DNA from: Coriobacteriia bacterium
Lineage (GTDB): Bacteria; Actinomycetota; Coriobacteriia; Anaerosomatales; Kmv31
DNA length: 64,000 bases
Reading direction: 5' to 3'
NCBI GenBank assembly: GCA_014859305.1
Contig: JACUUM010000001.1
Location: 25,409-89,408 of the forward strand
Shown here: piece by piece, positions 17,347-26,182 of the stretch
Numbering within the stretch: the first letter of the stretch is position 1
Layout: every line of letters begins with the position of its first letter
Made by a program: the position numbers and the translations under genes
The notes under the pieces: model-generated
Databases searched by the model: none
Told to the model about the DNA's origin: nothing
The model's input: the letters and a program-made list of their open reading frames with translations, nothing else

Positions 17347-18744
17347 GTGGACGAAGCGCGCTTCCGCGAGGCCGAGGAGGCCTACGCCGCCGGCGATTTG
17401 CGGGCGGCCGCCAAGGCCTTCCTTGCTTCCGCGGGGCGGGGCAAGGAAGGGAACGGCGCCGCCTACCACAGGGCGGGCAACTCCCTCATGCGGTTGCGGC
17501 GGTACTCGGACGCGGTGACGGTCTACGGCCACGCTCTCATGGACGAGATCTACGAGAAGCGCGGCGCGGTGTGGGCGAACCTCGGAACCGCGCAAGCGGC
17601 GACCGGGGCCTACGACGAGGCGGTGAGGGCCTACCGCGAGGCCCTGGAGGAACCGGGCTACGATGCCGACCACAAGGCCCTCCAGGGGATGGCAGGTGCC
17701 CTGTGGGAGATGGGGCGCGTGGAGGACGCCGCTCTCGCCTATCGGCAGGCGGCGCTGGACACGGGCAACCGGGACCCGGGCAAGGCGCTGAACAACCTCG
17801 GCCTGTGCCTGATGCGGCTCGACCGGCCCGAGGACGCGATCGAGGCGTACAAGGCCGCTCTCGAGCTGCCGGAGTACAAGGGCAAGGGGCGCGCGGCCGC
17901 GAACCTGGGCGTGGCGTTCGCGTCGGTGGGCAAGCACGAGGACGCCATCCGCGCGTTCGAGAAGGCCGTGGCACTCTACGACCATACGCTCTCCCCCGAC
18001 ACGGCGGCCGTCTACGAGGCGAGCCGCCGGGCGGCGACCGGCCGGGCGGGGGACCGCGAGATCGTGGAGGGCTGGGTGACCGGCGAGATGCCGCCGGTCG
18101 CGCCGGAAGTCCGCGTGGAGGAGGTGCCCGGCCAAGCGCCCCGCGCCGAGATCCCGGGGAGCGTGAGAGCCGGCGTGGACGCCATGGTGGCGGTCCCGCC
18201 CGGGGCCGCGGTGCCTACGGTGCCGGACGCGACGGCTGCGGGCGAGCAGGGCGACCGCATGGCCGACTTCTTCAACCGGACCGAGGAGCAGATGCGGGAG
18301 AGCGACCGCGCGGCGCGCCGCGACGAGCGTCGCGACCGCGCGGCCTCCGGCGGCCGGAAGGGCCCGGGCTTGTGGGTGGCCGGCGCTCTTGCGACGGTGG
18401 TCGTCCTCGTCTCGGCCTACGCCGCAGGGCTGGGATACCCGACCCAGTCGGGCACCGTGAAGGGGCTTCTCCACGCGCGCGGCAAGGGGACGGCCATCGA
18501 GGGCTACTGGGTGGCCGTGCCCGAGAAGGACATCGACAAGGAGATGGCGAAGGTGCCTCCGAGCTTCCAGGGCTTCACCATCGGGGGCGTCGACCGTTCG
18601 GCGTCCAGGTCGGTCGTCGAGGTGACGCTGACCCTGGACCGCGGGGCGCCGCTCCGTCTGAAGCTGACGCTGGCGCGCGAGGGCGTGGGATGGAAGGTCA
18701 CGGGCGTCGAGAACGACTGGCGCTCGACGGGCGGGGGCTCGTAG
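17347..18744 (+). CDS. TPR-repeat protein with one C-terminal transmembrane helix and a small extracytoplasmic domain
   Basis: It has multiple 34-aa TPR-like repeats (A..AY..AL...P). A hydrophobic segment GLWVAGALATVVVLVSAYAAGLGY is followed by a ~110-aa domain. Confidence 0.7.
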   Translation: MDEARFREAEEAYAAGDLRAAAKAFLASAGRGKEGNGAAYHRAGNSLMRLRRYSDAVTVYGHALMDEIYEKRGAVWANLGTAQAATGAYDEAVRAYREALEEPGYDADHKALQGMAGALWEMGRVEDAALAYRQAALDTGNRDPGKALNNLGLCLMRLDRPEDAIEAYKAALELPEYKGKGRAAANLGVAFASVGKHEDAIRAFEKAVALYDHTLSPDTAAVYEASRRAATGRAGDREIVEGWVTGEMPPVAPEVRVEEVPGQAPRAEIPGSVRAGVDAMVAVPPGAAVPTVPDATAAGEQGDRMADFFNRTEEQMRESDRAARRDERRDRAASGGRKGPGLWVAGALATVVVLVSAYAAGLGYPTQSGTVKGLLHARGKGTAIEGYWVAVPEKDIDKEMAKVPPSFQGFTIGGVDRSASRSVVEVTLTLDRGAPLRLKLTLAREGVGWKVTGVENDWRSTGGGS

Positions 18745-18781
18745 GGAGGCCGCTCGCCGGATACGTGAAGAAGGAGACCGA

Positions 18782-19183
18782 GTGACCCAGAGGACCTACG
18801 TGATGATCAAGCCGGATGCCGTGGCGCGGGGTCTGGTGGGGCGGATCGTGTCCCGCTTCGAGGACGCCGGCCTGACGATCGAGCGGGCCGAGTACGGCAC
18901 GGTGACCAAGGAGCAGGCCGCCGCCAACTACGCCGAGCATCAGGGGAGGTCCTTCTACGAGGGGCTCATCGCCTACGTCACTTCGGGGCCCGTGCTCAAG
19001 ATGGTCCTCTCCGGTCCCGGGGCCGTCTCCGTTGTGCGCAAGCTCATCGGCGCGACGGACCCCGCCGAGGCGGCGCCCGGGACCATCCGTGGCGATTACG
19101 GCCTCGAGCTCGACGCGAACCTCGTGCACGGATCCGATTCGCCCGCCAGTGCGGAGCGGGAGATCGCGGTCTTCTTCGGCTGA
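18782..19183 (+). CDS. ndk: Nucleoside-diphosphate kinase
   Basis: 133 aa. Motifs TYVMIKPDAV, RGDYG and NLVHGSDS (catalytic His) are present. GTG start follows AGGAG. Confidence 0.95.
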   Translation: MTQRTYVMIKPDAVARGLVGRIVSRFEDAGLTIERAEYGTVTKEQAAANYAEHQGRSFYEGLIAYVTSGPVLKMVLSGPGAVSVVRKLIGATDPAEAAPGTIRGDYGLELDANLVHGSDSPASAEREIAVFFG

Positions 19184-19246
19184 GCCGACCGGACAAGTCG
19201 CGAAGCCGACGCGAAGGTCATGGGTGCGCGCCATGGCGAACAGCCG

Positions 19247-19299
19247 TACAATGCATCCCTAAGGCCGTCCTGGAGATCGCCCTCCGGGACACCGGCCTT
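19247..19299 (+). promoter_or_regulatory. Candidate -10 (TACAAT) followed by a long stem-loop at the 5' end of the rnf leader
   Basis: TACAAT lies at 19247-19252. AAGGCCG (19261-19267) pairs with CGGCCTT (19293-19299). An inner stem TCCTGGAG / CTCCGGGA extends the helix to about 15 bp. I found no convincing -35. Confidence 0.3.
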
Positions 19300-19385
19300 G
19301 GGGTAAGAGGTGCGGCTGAAGGAGTCCGGGCCGGGATATCGGATCGTAGTCGAAACGCGTCCCCCCGCTCCCGTATCACCTCGAG

Positions 19386-20696
19386 GTGATGAATTTGGCG
19401 TATGTACGTTTCCGGGGTGGAGTGCACCCTCCGGAGCACAAAGAGGCCACCGAAGGACGGGTCGTGGTCCGTGCGCCCGTACCCGAGCGGATCGTCGTGC
19501 CGATGAGCCAGCACCTCGGCGCTCCGAACGAGCCCGTCGTGGCGAAGGGCGACCGGGTCCGAAGGGGCGAGGTGGTCGGCAGTGTAGAGGCGATGGTGAG
19601 CGCGCCGGTGCACTCGCCCGTGGACGGCCAGGTGGCCGGCGTCGTCGAGGTCCCGCTCGCACCCGGTCTGCGGTCGCGCGCCGTCGAGATCGTCCCCGAT
19701 GCCGAGCAGGACCTGGACTCCTTCGTGACGCTGGAGCGATCCGAGGACGTCAAGGCCGTTGTGCGGGCGGCGGGCATCGTCGGCATGGGCGGGGCGGCCT
19801 TCCCGTCCGCCGTGAAGCTGCAGCCCCCTCAGGACATGCGGATCAGCACCGTGATCCTGAACGGCTGCGAGTGCGAGCCGTTCCTGACGGCCGACCACCG
19901 CCTCATGCTCGAGCAGCCGGAGCGCGTCGTGCGCGGGGGGCGGCTGATCCGCGACGCGGTGGGCGCCTCGCGTGTCGTCATAGGGGTCGAGGATAACAAG
20001 ATGGATGCGGTGGAGGCCCTTCGTGCCGTCGCGGGCGACGACGTCGAGGTCGCGGCGCTCCCGACCCGCTACCCCCAAGGGGCGGAGAAGCAGCTGATCT
20101 GGACGCTGCTGGGCAAGGAGGTCCCCAAGGGCAAGCTCCCTGCCGCCACCGGCGCGCTGGTGCACAACGTCGGCACCGCCGCCGCCGTGGCCGACGCCGT
20201 CGACCGGGGGAAGCCGCTCATCGAGCGGATCGTCACCGTCACCGGTGCAGTGGCGCGGCCGGGCAACTACCTGACGCTGCTGGGCACGCCCGTGTCGGCG
20301 CTGATAGAGGCCGCGGGCGGCCTCGTCGAGCCGGTCGGCCGCGTGGTCTCCGGCGGGCCGATGACCGGCTTCGCCCTCGGGGTGCTCGACGTCCCTGTCA
20401 CCAAAGGCACCTCCGGGATCACGGTGCTGCGAGCGGACCAGGTACCGCCCGAGGTCTACGGCGACCAGCCCTGCATCAGGTGCGGGCGCTGCGCGGAGGC
20501 CTGCCCGATATTCCTCCGGCCGTACGCGATCGGGATCTTCGCGACCGGCGGTGACTGGTCCAGGGCCGAGGAGGCCCACGTACTGGACTGCATCGAGTGC
20601 GGGTGCTGCGCGTACGCGTGCCCGACGAGCCGGCCGCTGGTGCAGCTGCTCCGTCGCGCGAAGCAGGCGGCGATGCTGAAAGGAGCGAAGCAGTGA
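19386..20696 (+). CDS. rnfC: Rnf electron-transport complex subunit C
   Basis: 436 aa. It has an NADH/FMN-binding-like region (GIVGMGGAAFP), the SLBB-like middle region and two ferredoxin clusters (CIRCGRCAEACP, CIECGCCAYACP). GTG at 19386 or ATG at 19389. Confidence 0.9.
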   Translation: MMNLAYVRFRGGVHPPEHKEATEGRVVVRAPVPERIVVPMSQHLGAPNEPVVAKGDRVRRGEVVGSVEAMVSAPVHSPVDGQVAGVVEVPLAPGLRSRAVEIVPDAEQDLDSFVTLERSEDVKAVVRAAGIVGMGGAAFPSAVKLQPPQDMRISTVILNGCECEPFLTADHRLMLEQPERVVRGGRLIRDAVGASRVVIGVEDNKMDAVEALRAVAGDDVEVAALPTRYPQGAEKQLIWTLLGKEVPKGKLPAATGALVHNVGTAAAVADAVDRGKPLIERIVTVTGAVARPGNYLTLLGTPVSALIEAAGGLVEPVGRVVSGGPMTGFALGVLDVPVTKGTSGITVLRADQVPPEVYGDQPCIRCGRCAEACPIFLRPYAIGIFATGGDWSRAEEAHVLDCIECGCCAYACPTSRPLVQLLRRAKQAAMLKGAKQ

Positions 20697-21697
20697 GCGA
20701 GGCAGGGGGTGTTCGCCGGCTCAAGGCCGGGTCCTCCCCGCACATCGCGGCGTCCTTGACCGCACGGGGCATCATGGCGTGGGTGCTGGCGGCTTTGGCG
20801 CCGTCGCTGCTGTGGGCACTGTGGAACATGGGCACCCCGGCGCTGCTCGTGGCCGCGGGCAGCCTCACCGGCGCGGTGGGCACCGAGTTCGCATGGAACG
20901 CGATCGCCAAGAAGCGTCACACGCTCGGCGACCTGACCGCTGTGCTCACGGGCGTACTGCTGGCGATGACGCTGCCCCCTTACACACCGTGGTGGATGGC
21001 GTTCGCCGGAGGTGTCGTCGCCATCGGGCTCGGCAAGATGCTCTTCGGCGGGCTGGGCTGGAACCTGTTCAACCCGGCGCTCGTCGGCCGCGCGATGATA
21101 GTCATCTCGTGGGCCGGCGTGCTGGCTCTGCAGCCCAACGGGGGGTGGTTCCGCACGCTGGGGATGGAGGGCGTCGGCGAGCTGGACGCCGTGAGCGGCG
21201 CCACGCCGCTGGGACTGGCCGCGGCTGACCGGGCGGCGGCCGGAGGGTACGGGTTCCAGACGTCCTCGCTCTACGGGGACCTGCTCTTCCGGAATCTCTC
21301 GGGGTCCATCGGCGAGATCTCCGCCGCTCTGCTCATCGCCGGGGGCTTGGTGCTGGTCGCGGTCCGCATCATCGACTGGCGGATCCCCGCCGGCTACGTC
21401 GGGACGATGGCGGTGCTGTCCGCGGCCTTCGGGGGCGACCCCGTCTTCCATATGCTCGCCGGCGGGCTCATGATCGGCGCCTTCTACATGGCGACCGACT
21501 ACGTCTCCTCCCCGATGTCGCCCAACGCGCGGCTGCTCTTCGGAGTGGGCTGCGGCGTCTTCAACGCGTTGGGGCGCTTCTTCGGCTCGATGCCGGAGGC
21601 CACGACCTTTGCGATCCTGTTCATGAACGGTCTGGCGCCGATGCTGGACCGGGCCTTCGTGCCGAGGACCTACGGGTGGGTGAGCCGCAGTGAGTGA
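20693..21697 (+). CDS. rnfD: Rnf complex subunit D (NqrB/RnfD family)
   Basis: The GTG at 20693 overlaps the rnfC stop (GTGA). The protein is polytopic and membrane-embedded. The flavinylation motif SGATPL is present (LDAVSGATPLG). Confidence 0.9.
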   Translation: MSEAGGVRRLKAGSSPHIAASLTARGIMAWVLAALAPSLLWALWNMGTPALLVAAGSLTGAVGTEFAWNAIAKKRHTLGDLTAVLTGVLLAMTLPPYTPWWMAFAGGVVAIGLGKMLFGGLGWNLFNPALVGRAMIVISWAGVLALQPNGGWFRTLGMEGVGELDAVSGATPLGLAAADRAAAGGYGFQTSSLYGDLLFRNLSGSIGEISAALLIAGGLVLVAVRIIDWRIPAGYVGTMAVLSAAFGGDPVFHMLAGGLMIGAFYMATDYVSSPMSPNARLLFGVGCGVFNALGRFFGSMPEATTFAILFMNGLAPMLDRAFVPRTYGWVSRSE

Positions 21698-22280
21698 CAA
21701 TCATCCTCTTAGGCTGGTCCTCTCCGTCGTGGTCACGTGCGTGGTCGCGTCGGGTGCTCTCGGAGCGACGTATCTGGCGACGAGGGAGCGGATCCTGGAC
21801 CAGGACCGGCAGGCCGAGGCGCGGTCGCTGTCGGCGGCCTATCAGGGCGCCGAGAGCTTCGACCCCGTGCTCGATGAGGCGCTCCTCACGCGGGCGCAGG
21901 AGGCCGCGGGCGAGCCACGGGTGCTCGGGATCTTCCGCGCGGTGACCGCGGAGGAGGAGGCGGGGTGGGCGCTGAAGGTGGCACCTCGTGGCTACGGCGG
22001 CAGGATACAGATGGTCGTGGCCGTGGATAGGAATGGGAAAGTCCTCGGCGTCAGCATACTCACGATGAACGAGACTCCGGGGCTGGGGACGCAGGTCGGG
22101 CAGGCCCGGTTCCTGGAGCAGTTCTCGGCGTGGTCCGCCGAGACGATCGCCGACGACGCCAAGACGCTGGATGCGATCAGCGGTGCGACGAAGTCGTCGC
22201 GCGGTGTCGCCAACGGCGTGGCGGCCGCGGGACGCGTGTTCGACGAGGTGCTGAGAGGGGAGGAGGTGGCGAGCCGATGA
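21690..22280 (+). CDS. rnfG: Rnf complex subunit G (FMN-binding)
   Basis: It has an N-terminal TM helix, an FMN_bind-type domain (ETPGLG) and the covalent-FMN motif DAISGATKSS (Thr167 by my count). It overlaps the rnfD stop. Confidence 0.9.
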   Translation: MSDNHPLRLVLSVVVTCVVASGALGATYLATRERILDQDRQAEARSLSAAYQGAESFDPVLDEALLTRAQEAAGEPRVLGIFRAVTAEEEAGWALKVAPRGYGGRIQMVVAVDRNGKVLGVSILTMNETPGLGTQVGQARFLEQFSAWSAETIADDAKTLDAISGATKSSRGVANGVAAAGRVFDEVLRGEEVASR

Positions 22281-22939
22281 GCGAGTGGCTGCGTGTGTTC
22301 CGTTCGGGACTGGTCCTGGAGAACCCGCTCACGCGTCTGATGATAGGGCTGTGTGCCACCCTGGCGGTGTCGAACCTCATCCAGGGAGCCTTCTTCATGG
22401 CCCTGGCGGTGATCTTCGTGCTCGTGATGAGCAACGTGATCGTCTCGTCGATCCGCACTCTGGTGCCCACCACGGTCCGCATCCCGGTCTTCATCGTGGT
22501 CATCGCCACGTTCGTGACCATCGTCGACCTGACCATGAAGGCGTTCCTTCCGAGCATCTACGCGATCCTCGGGATATGGATCCCGCTCATCGTCGTGAAC
22601 TGCCTCATCCTCGGGCGCTCCGAGGCGTTCGCCTACCAGAACGGCGTGACGCTCTCCGTCGCCGACGGACTCGGCAAGGGGCTCGGTTTCGCGATGGTGA
22701 TCGTGACCCTGGGATTCGTGCGCGAGCTCTTCGGCTCCGGGCACCTCGACTTCCTCGGCGCCACGCTTCTCCGGATGCCGGGGTTCTACCAGCCTCCCAG
22801 CATCCTCATCCTGTTCCCCGGCGCGTTCATCCTGTTCGGCTTCCTGATGGGCGCGATCAACGCGTTCGAGTCCTGGAACAAGGGCAGGCGCATACGGGCA
22901 CACGTCGACGAGGGGTTCGGCGAGGAGGCAGCGGCATGA
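22277..22939 (+). CDS. rnfE: Rnf complex subunit E
   Basis: The ATG at 22277 overlaps the rnfG stop (ATGA). The sequence ENPLTRLMIGLCATLAVSN... is typical of RnfE/NqrD. Confidence 0.9.
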   Translation: MSEWLRVFRSGLVLENPLTRLMIGLCATLAVSNLIQGAFFMALAVIFVLVMSNVIVSSIRTLVPTTVRIPVFIVVIATFVTIVDLTMKAFLPSIYAILGIWIPLIVVNCLILGRSEAFAYQNGVTLSVADGLGKGLGFAMVIVTLGFVRELFGSGHLDFLGATLLRMPGFYQPPSILILFPGAFILFGFLMGAINAFESWNKGRRIRAHVDEGFGEEAAA

Positions 22940-23559
22940 GCACGCTGGCGCAGTACGGGCTGCTCTTCATCGGCGCCGCGTTCGTCAGCAACATCCTGCT
23001 GACGAGGTTCATCGGCCTGTGCCCCTTCTTCGGCGTCTCGTCGAGCTACGAGACATCCATCGGCATGAGCCTCGCTGTGGTCTTCGTGATGACGATGGCG
23101 TCGGCGGCGACGTGGGTGTTCTGGCGCTTCCTGCTCGAGCCGCTCGGCGTCGGGGATTTCCTGTACATCCCCGCGTTCATCCTGGTGATCGCCGGGCTCG
23201 TGCAGTTCGTGGAGATGTTCCTGCGCAAGTCGAGCCCCCCGTTGTACACGGCGATGGGGATCTTCCTGCCGCTGATCACCACCAACTGCGCGGTGCTGGC
23301 CACCGCCACGGAGTCGGTGAAGGTGGAGTTCTTCAAGCTCGGGGTGGACTTTTACGTGGGCGATTTCCTTCAGGCGATCGTCTACACGCTCGGCAGCGCG
23401 GTGGGCTTCGGCTTCGCGCTGCTGACGTTCGCGGCGATCCGGGACCGGCTGGAACTCGCTCCTGCGCCGGCCGCGCTCAAGGGCGCGCCGATGGCGTTCA
23501 TAACCGCGGGTTTGCTCTCGCTGGCCTACATCGGGCTGGCGGGCTGGTTCGGGCTGTAG
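22936..23559 (+). CDS. rnfA: Rnf complex subunit A
   Basis: The ATG at 22936 overlaps the rnfE stop. The sequence FVSNILLTRFIGLCPFFGVSS... is typical of RnfA/NqrE. Confidence 0.9.
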   Translation: MSTLAQYGLLFIGAAFVSNILLTRFIGLCPFFGVSSSYETSIGMSLAVVFVMTMASAATWVFWRFLLEPLGVGDFLYIPAFILVIAGLVQFVEMFLRKSSPPLYTAMGIFLPLITTNCAVLATATESVKVEFFKLGVDFYVGDFLQAIVYTLGSAVGFGFALLTFAAIRDRLELAPAPAALKGAPMAFITAGLLSLAYIGLAGWFGL

Positions 23560-23574
23560 GGAAGGAGGGTCTCC

Positions 23575-24474
23575 TTGGACGCGACACTGCTGCTCAAAGC
23601 GATCGGGGCCCTCGCCCTCATGGGGCTGGTCATCGGCGCGGCGCTCGCCGTGGCCTCTCGCGCCTTCCACGTGGAGGTCGACGAGCGCGTCGCCCGCGTC
23701 AACACGATGCTGCCGGGGGCGAACTGCGGGGCATGCGGCAACCCGTCGTGCTTCCAGGTGGCCGTGGGCATGGTGGAGGGCACGCTGCCGCCGACCGCGT
23801 GCACGGCAGGCGGACCGTCGGTGGCCGAGGCGGTCTGCGAGACGCTCGGGCTGGAGAAGGCTACGATGGCCGCGGTCGTCTCGGCCCGGCACTGCGGCGG
23901 AGGGACCCGGGCGGAGCGGGCGTTCGACTACTCGGGTGTCCTGTCGTGCAACGCCGTGCAGAGGGTCGGGGGCGGGGACCTCGCATGCGCCTGGGGGTGC
24001 CTCGGGTACGGGGACTGCGTGTCGGCGTGCCCGTTCGACGCGATCCACCTCGACGAGCGCCGCCTGCCCGTGATCGACCTGCGCAAGTGCACCGGGTGCG
24101 GGCTGTGCGTCAAGGAGTGCCCGCGCGACCGGTTCAAGCTGCTCGAGATGATTCCCGACGATGCGGCGGTCGTGGTGCGCTGCAGCGCGCACGACAAGCC
24201 GGCGCTGCGAAAGAAGACGTGCCCCGTGTGCTGTATCGCCTGCAAGAAGTGCGAGAAGGCGTGCGAGTCCGATGCCATACACGTGGAGGACGGCAACGCC
24301 GTCATCGACTACGCCAAGTGCACGGCCTGCGGCGTCTGCGTGGAGGTGTGCCCGCAGGACTGCATCGACTTCACCGGGGCGGGGAGCAGGCTCCCCACGA
24401 GCGCCTTCGACGGCAAGGCGGGCGACGCCGCGGTCAAGCCCGCGTCACGTCCCAAGGAGGCTGCCGAGGCCTGA
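23575..24474 (+). CDS. rnfB: Rnf complex subunit B, long form with extra ferredoxin domains
   Basis: TTG start follows GGAAGGAGGG. It has an N-terminal TM helix and the CGACGNPSC cluster. Several CxxCxxCxxxCP motifs follow (CGDCVSACP, CTGCGLCVKECP, CIACKKCEKAC, CTACGVCVEVCP). Confidence 0.9.
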   Translation: MDATLLLKAIGALALMGLVIGAALAVASRAFHVEVDERVARVNTMLPGANCGACGNPSCFQVAVGMVEGTLPPTACTAGGPSVAEAVCETLGLEKATMAAVVSARHCGGGTRAERAFDYSGVLSCNAVQRVGGGDLACAWGCLGYGDCVSACPFDAIHLDERRLPVIDLRKCTGCGLCVKECPRDRFKLLEMIPDDAAVVVRCSAHDKPALRKKTCPVCCIACKKCEKACESDAIHVEDGNAVIDYAKCTACGVCVEVCPQDCIDFTGAGSRLPTSAFDGKAGDAAVKPASRPKEAAEA

Positions 24475-24818
24475 TGACCCGCGGTGACCGTATCGTCGTG
24501 GCCGTCGTCGGCGCGCTGGCACTGGCCGCGGTGCCGCTGTCTTCCCGCGCGATCGCCGGTCCCGAGGGGGGCGTGACCGTGCGCTCCCCGCAGGGAGTGA
24601 GCCGCTTCGCCGAGGATGCGCGGTTGAAGGTCGCCGGCTCGCGAGGGGAGCTCGTCGTGGAGGTCGCCGGCGGGCGCGCGCGCGTGCTGGAGGCCGACTG
24701 CCCCGACCAGGTCTGCGTGCGAAGCGGGTGGTCCTCGGCGGGTCGCCCCGTGGTGTGCGCGCCGAACCGCGTCGTCATCGAGAGCGCGGGAGGGTCGCTG
24801 GATGCCGTCTCGCGCTGA
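24474..24818 (+). CDS. NusG domain II-containing small membrane-anchored protein (PF07009-like)
   Basis: The ATG at 24474 overlaps the rnfB stop (TGATG). 114 aa with an N-terminal TM helix. The hallmark EADCPDQVCVRSGW....PVVCAPNRVVIE is present. Confidence 0.6.
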   Translation: MTRGDRIVVAVVGALALAAVPLSSRAIAGPEGGVTVRSPQGVSRFAEDARLKVAGSRGELVVEVAGGRARVLEADCPDQVCVRSGWSSAGRPVVCAPNRVVIESAGGSLDAVSR

Positions 24819-25383
24819 CCTCACCGTTCAGACGGCGGCCCTCGTGGCGCTCGCCGCCGTGCTGGGCTACGCGGAGGCCGTCGCATTGCCGCCGTTGCCG
24901 GTGCCGGGTGTCCGCCTCGGGCTCGGCAACGTCGCCGTGGTGGTCGCGCTCGCGCTGCTCGGAGCGCGCCCGGCGCTGGTCGTGAGCCTGGGCCGTGTGC
25001 TGGCCGTGGGGCTGGCGACAGGCTCCCTCGGGGGACCGGCCTCGGCCATGGCGCTTGCCGGCGCCGGTGCGGCGTGGCTGGTCATGGCCGGTCTCGCCTC
25101 GGCGGGCCGGACGTTCAGCGCCGTGGGCTGGTCGGTCGCCGGCGCGGCCGCCCACGTGCTCGCCCAACTCGCGGCGGCGTGCGTCCTGACCGGGTCGCCG
25201 GCCCCGCTCTCGCTCGCCCCGCTCTCCCTGGCGCTCGCCCTCGCGGCGGGCCTGGCGACCGGGTCGATGGCCGCCGCGGCCCTCTCTCGCGCTCCCCGCG
25301 TCCTCTCCCGCCCCCTCGCCGAAGGCGCACCGGGGACGGGGGAGGGGGTGCCGCGTGGCCCCGCGGCCGCTCGGGAGCTCTGA
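24802..25383 (+). CDS. Gx-transporter family membrane protein (heptaprenyl diphosphate synthase component I-like, PF07456-like)
   Basis: 193 aa, very hydrophobic. The motif AAVLGYAEAVALPPLPVPGVRLGLGNVAVVVAL matches the family signature as I recall it. It overlaps the preceding gene by 17 nt. Confidence 0.6.
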   Translation: MPSRADLTVQTAALVALAAVLGYAEAVALPPLPVPGVRLGLGNVAVVVALALLGARPALVVSLGRVLAVGLATGSLGGPASAMALAGAGAAWLVMAGLASAGRTFSAVGWSVAGAAAHVLAQLAAACVLTGSPAPLSLAPLSLALALAAGLATGSMAAAALSRAPRVLSRPLAEGAPGTGEGVPRGPAAAREL

Positions 25384-26014
25384 GGTCCCGGCGAGGGAGC
25401 TGCTCCTCTCCGGGTATCCGGAGTCCGTCTCGGACGAGGCGCTGCTGGCGGTGCTCGCCGGCACGGCCGAGGGCAGCGCGCGGGAGATACTGCGGAGTCA
25501 CCCCCTGCCCGACCTGTGGCGCCTGTGCGCCGAGGAGCTCGTCCGCTACCCCGGTGTGGGGCCGGCCGCCGCGGCGCGTGTGCTCGCGTGCCTCGAGGTG
25601 AGCCGCCGCGCGGCGAGCAGGGGTCAGGGAGCGAGACCGGTGGTCTCGACTCCCGAGCAGGTGGTGGAGATATGCGGGCCGCAGCTGTGGGGGCTGGACC
25701 GCGAGCACTTCTGGATCCTGGCGCTCAACACCAAGAACCGGCTCCTTCGGCTGCTGGAGATCTCGGTAGGCAGCCTCAACGCCTCGATCGTGCACCCGCG
25801 CGAGCTGTTCAAGGAGGCGGTCCGCGTCTCGGCAGCCTCCGTGGTGCTCGTCCACAACCACCCCAGCGGCGACCCGACGCCCTCGGGCGCGGACATGCAG
25901 CTCACCCGGCGCCTGGTACGCGCGGGGGACGTGCTCGGGATCGAGGTGCTCGACCACGTGATCATCGGCGACGGAGGGACGCACGCCAGCTTACGCGACA
26001 TGGGCGCGATGTGA
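25355..26014 (+). CDS. radC: RadC-family (JAMM-motif, UPF0758) protein
   Basis: It has an N-terminal HhH-like region (SDEALLAVLAG) and a C-terminal JAMM motif HNHPSGDPTPSGADMQLT. Confidence 0.85.
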   Translation: MAPRPLGSSEVPARELLLSGYPESVSDEALLAVLAGTAEGSAREILRSHPLPDLWRLCAEELVRYPGVGPAAAARVLACLEVSRRAASRGQGARPVVSTPEQVVEICGPQLWGLDREHFWILALNTKNRLLRLLEISVGSLNASIVHPRELFKEAVRVSAASVVLVHNHPSGDPTPSGADMQLTRRLVRAGDVLGIEVLDHVIIGDGGTHASLRDMGAM

Positions 26015-26053
26015 CCGTGGAACCTGCGGAGATGTCATGCGGGAGAGTCGCCC

Positions 26054-26064
26054 TGTGGTATGCT
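26054..26064 (+). promoter_or_regulatory. Extended -10 promoter candidate (TGG-TATGCT) for the mre operon
   Basis: The sequence ccTGTGGTATGCTc lies 40 nt after the radC stop. Confidence 0.3.
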
Positions 26065-26182
26065 CTACCGGACCTTGGAGCGGCCGCGCACCCGGTGGGG
26101 TCGCGGGCCGTTCTTTCGCGCCGTCGGCTCCCGGCGGCCCTCGCCGCGCTCGTTCGCGGCCGTGAAGACGAGGAGACGACGG

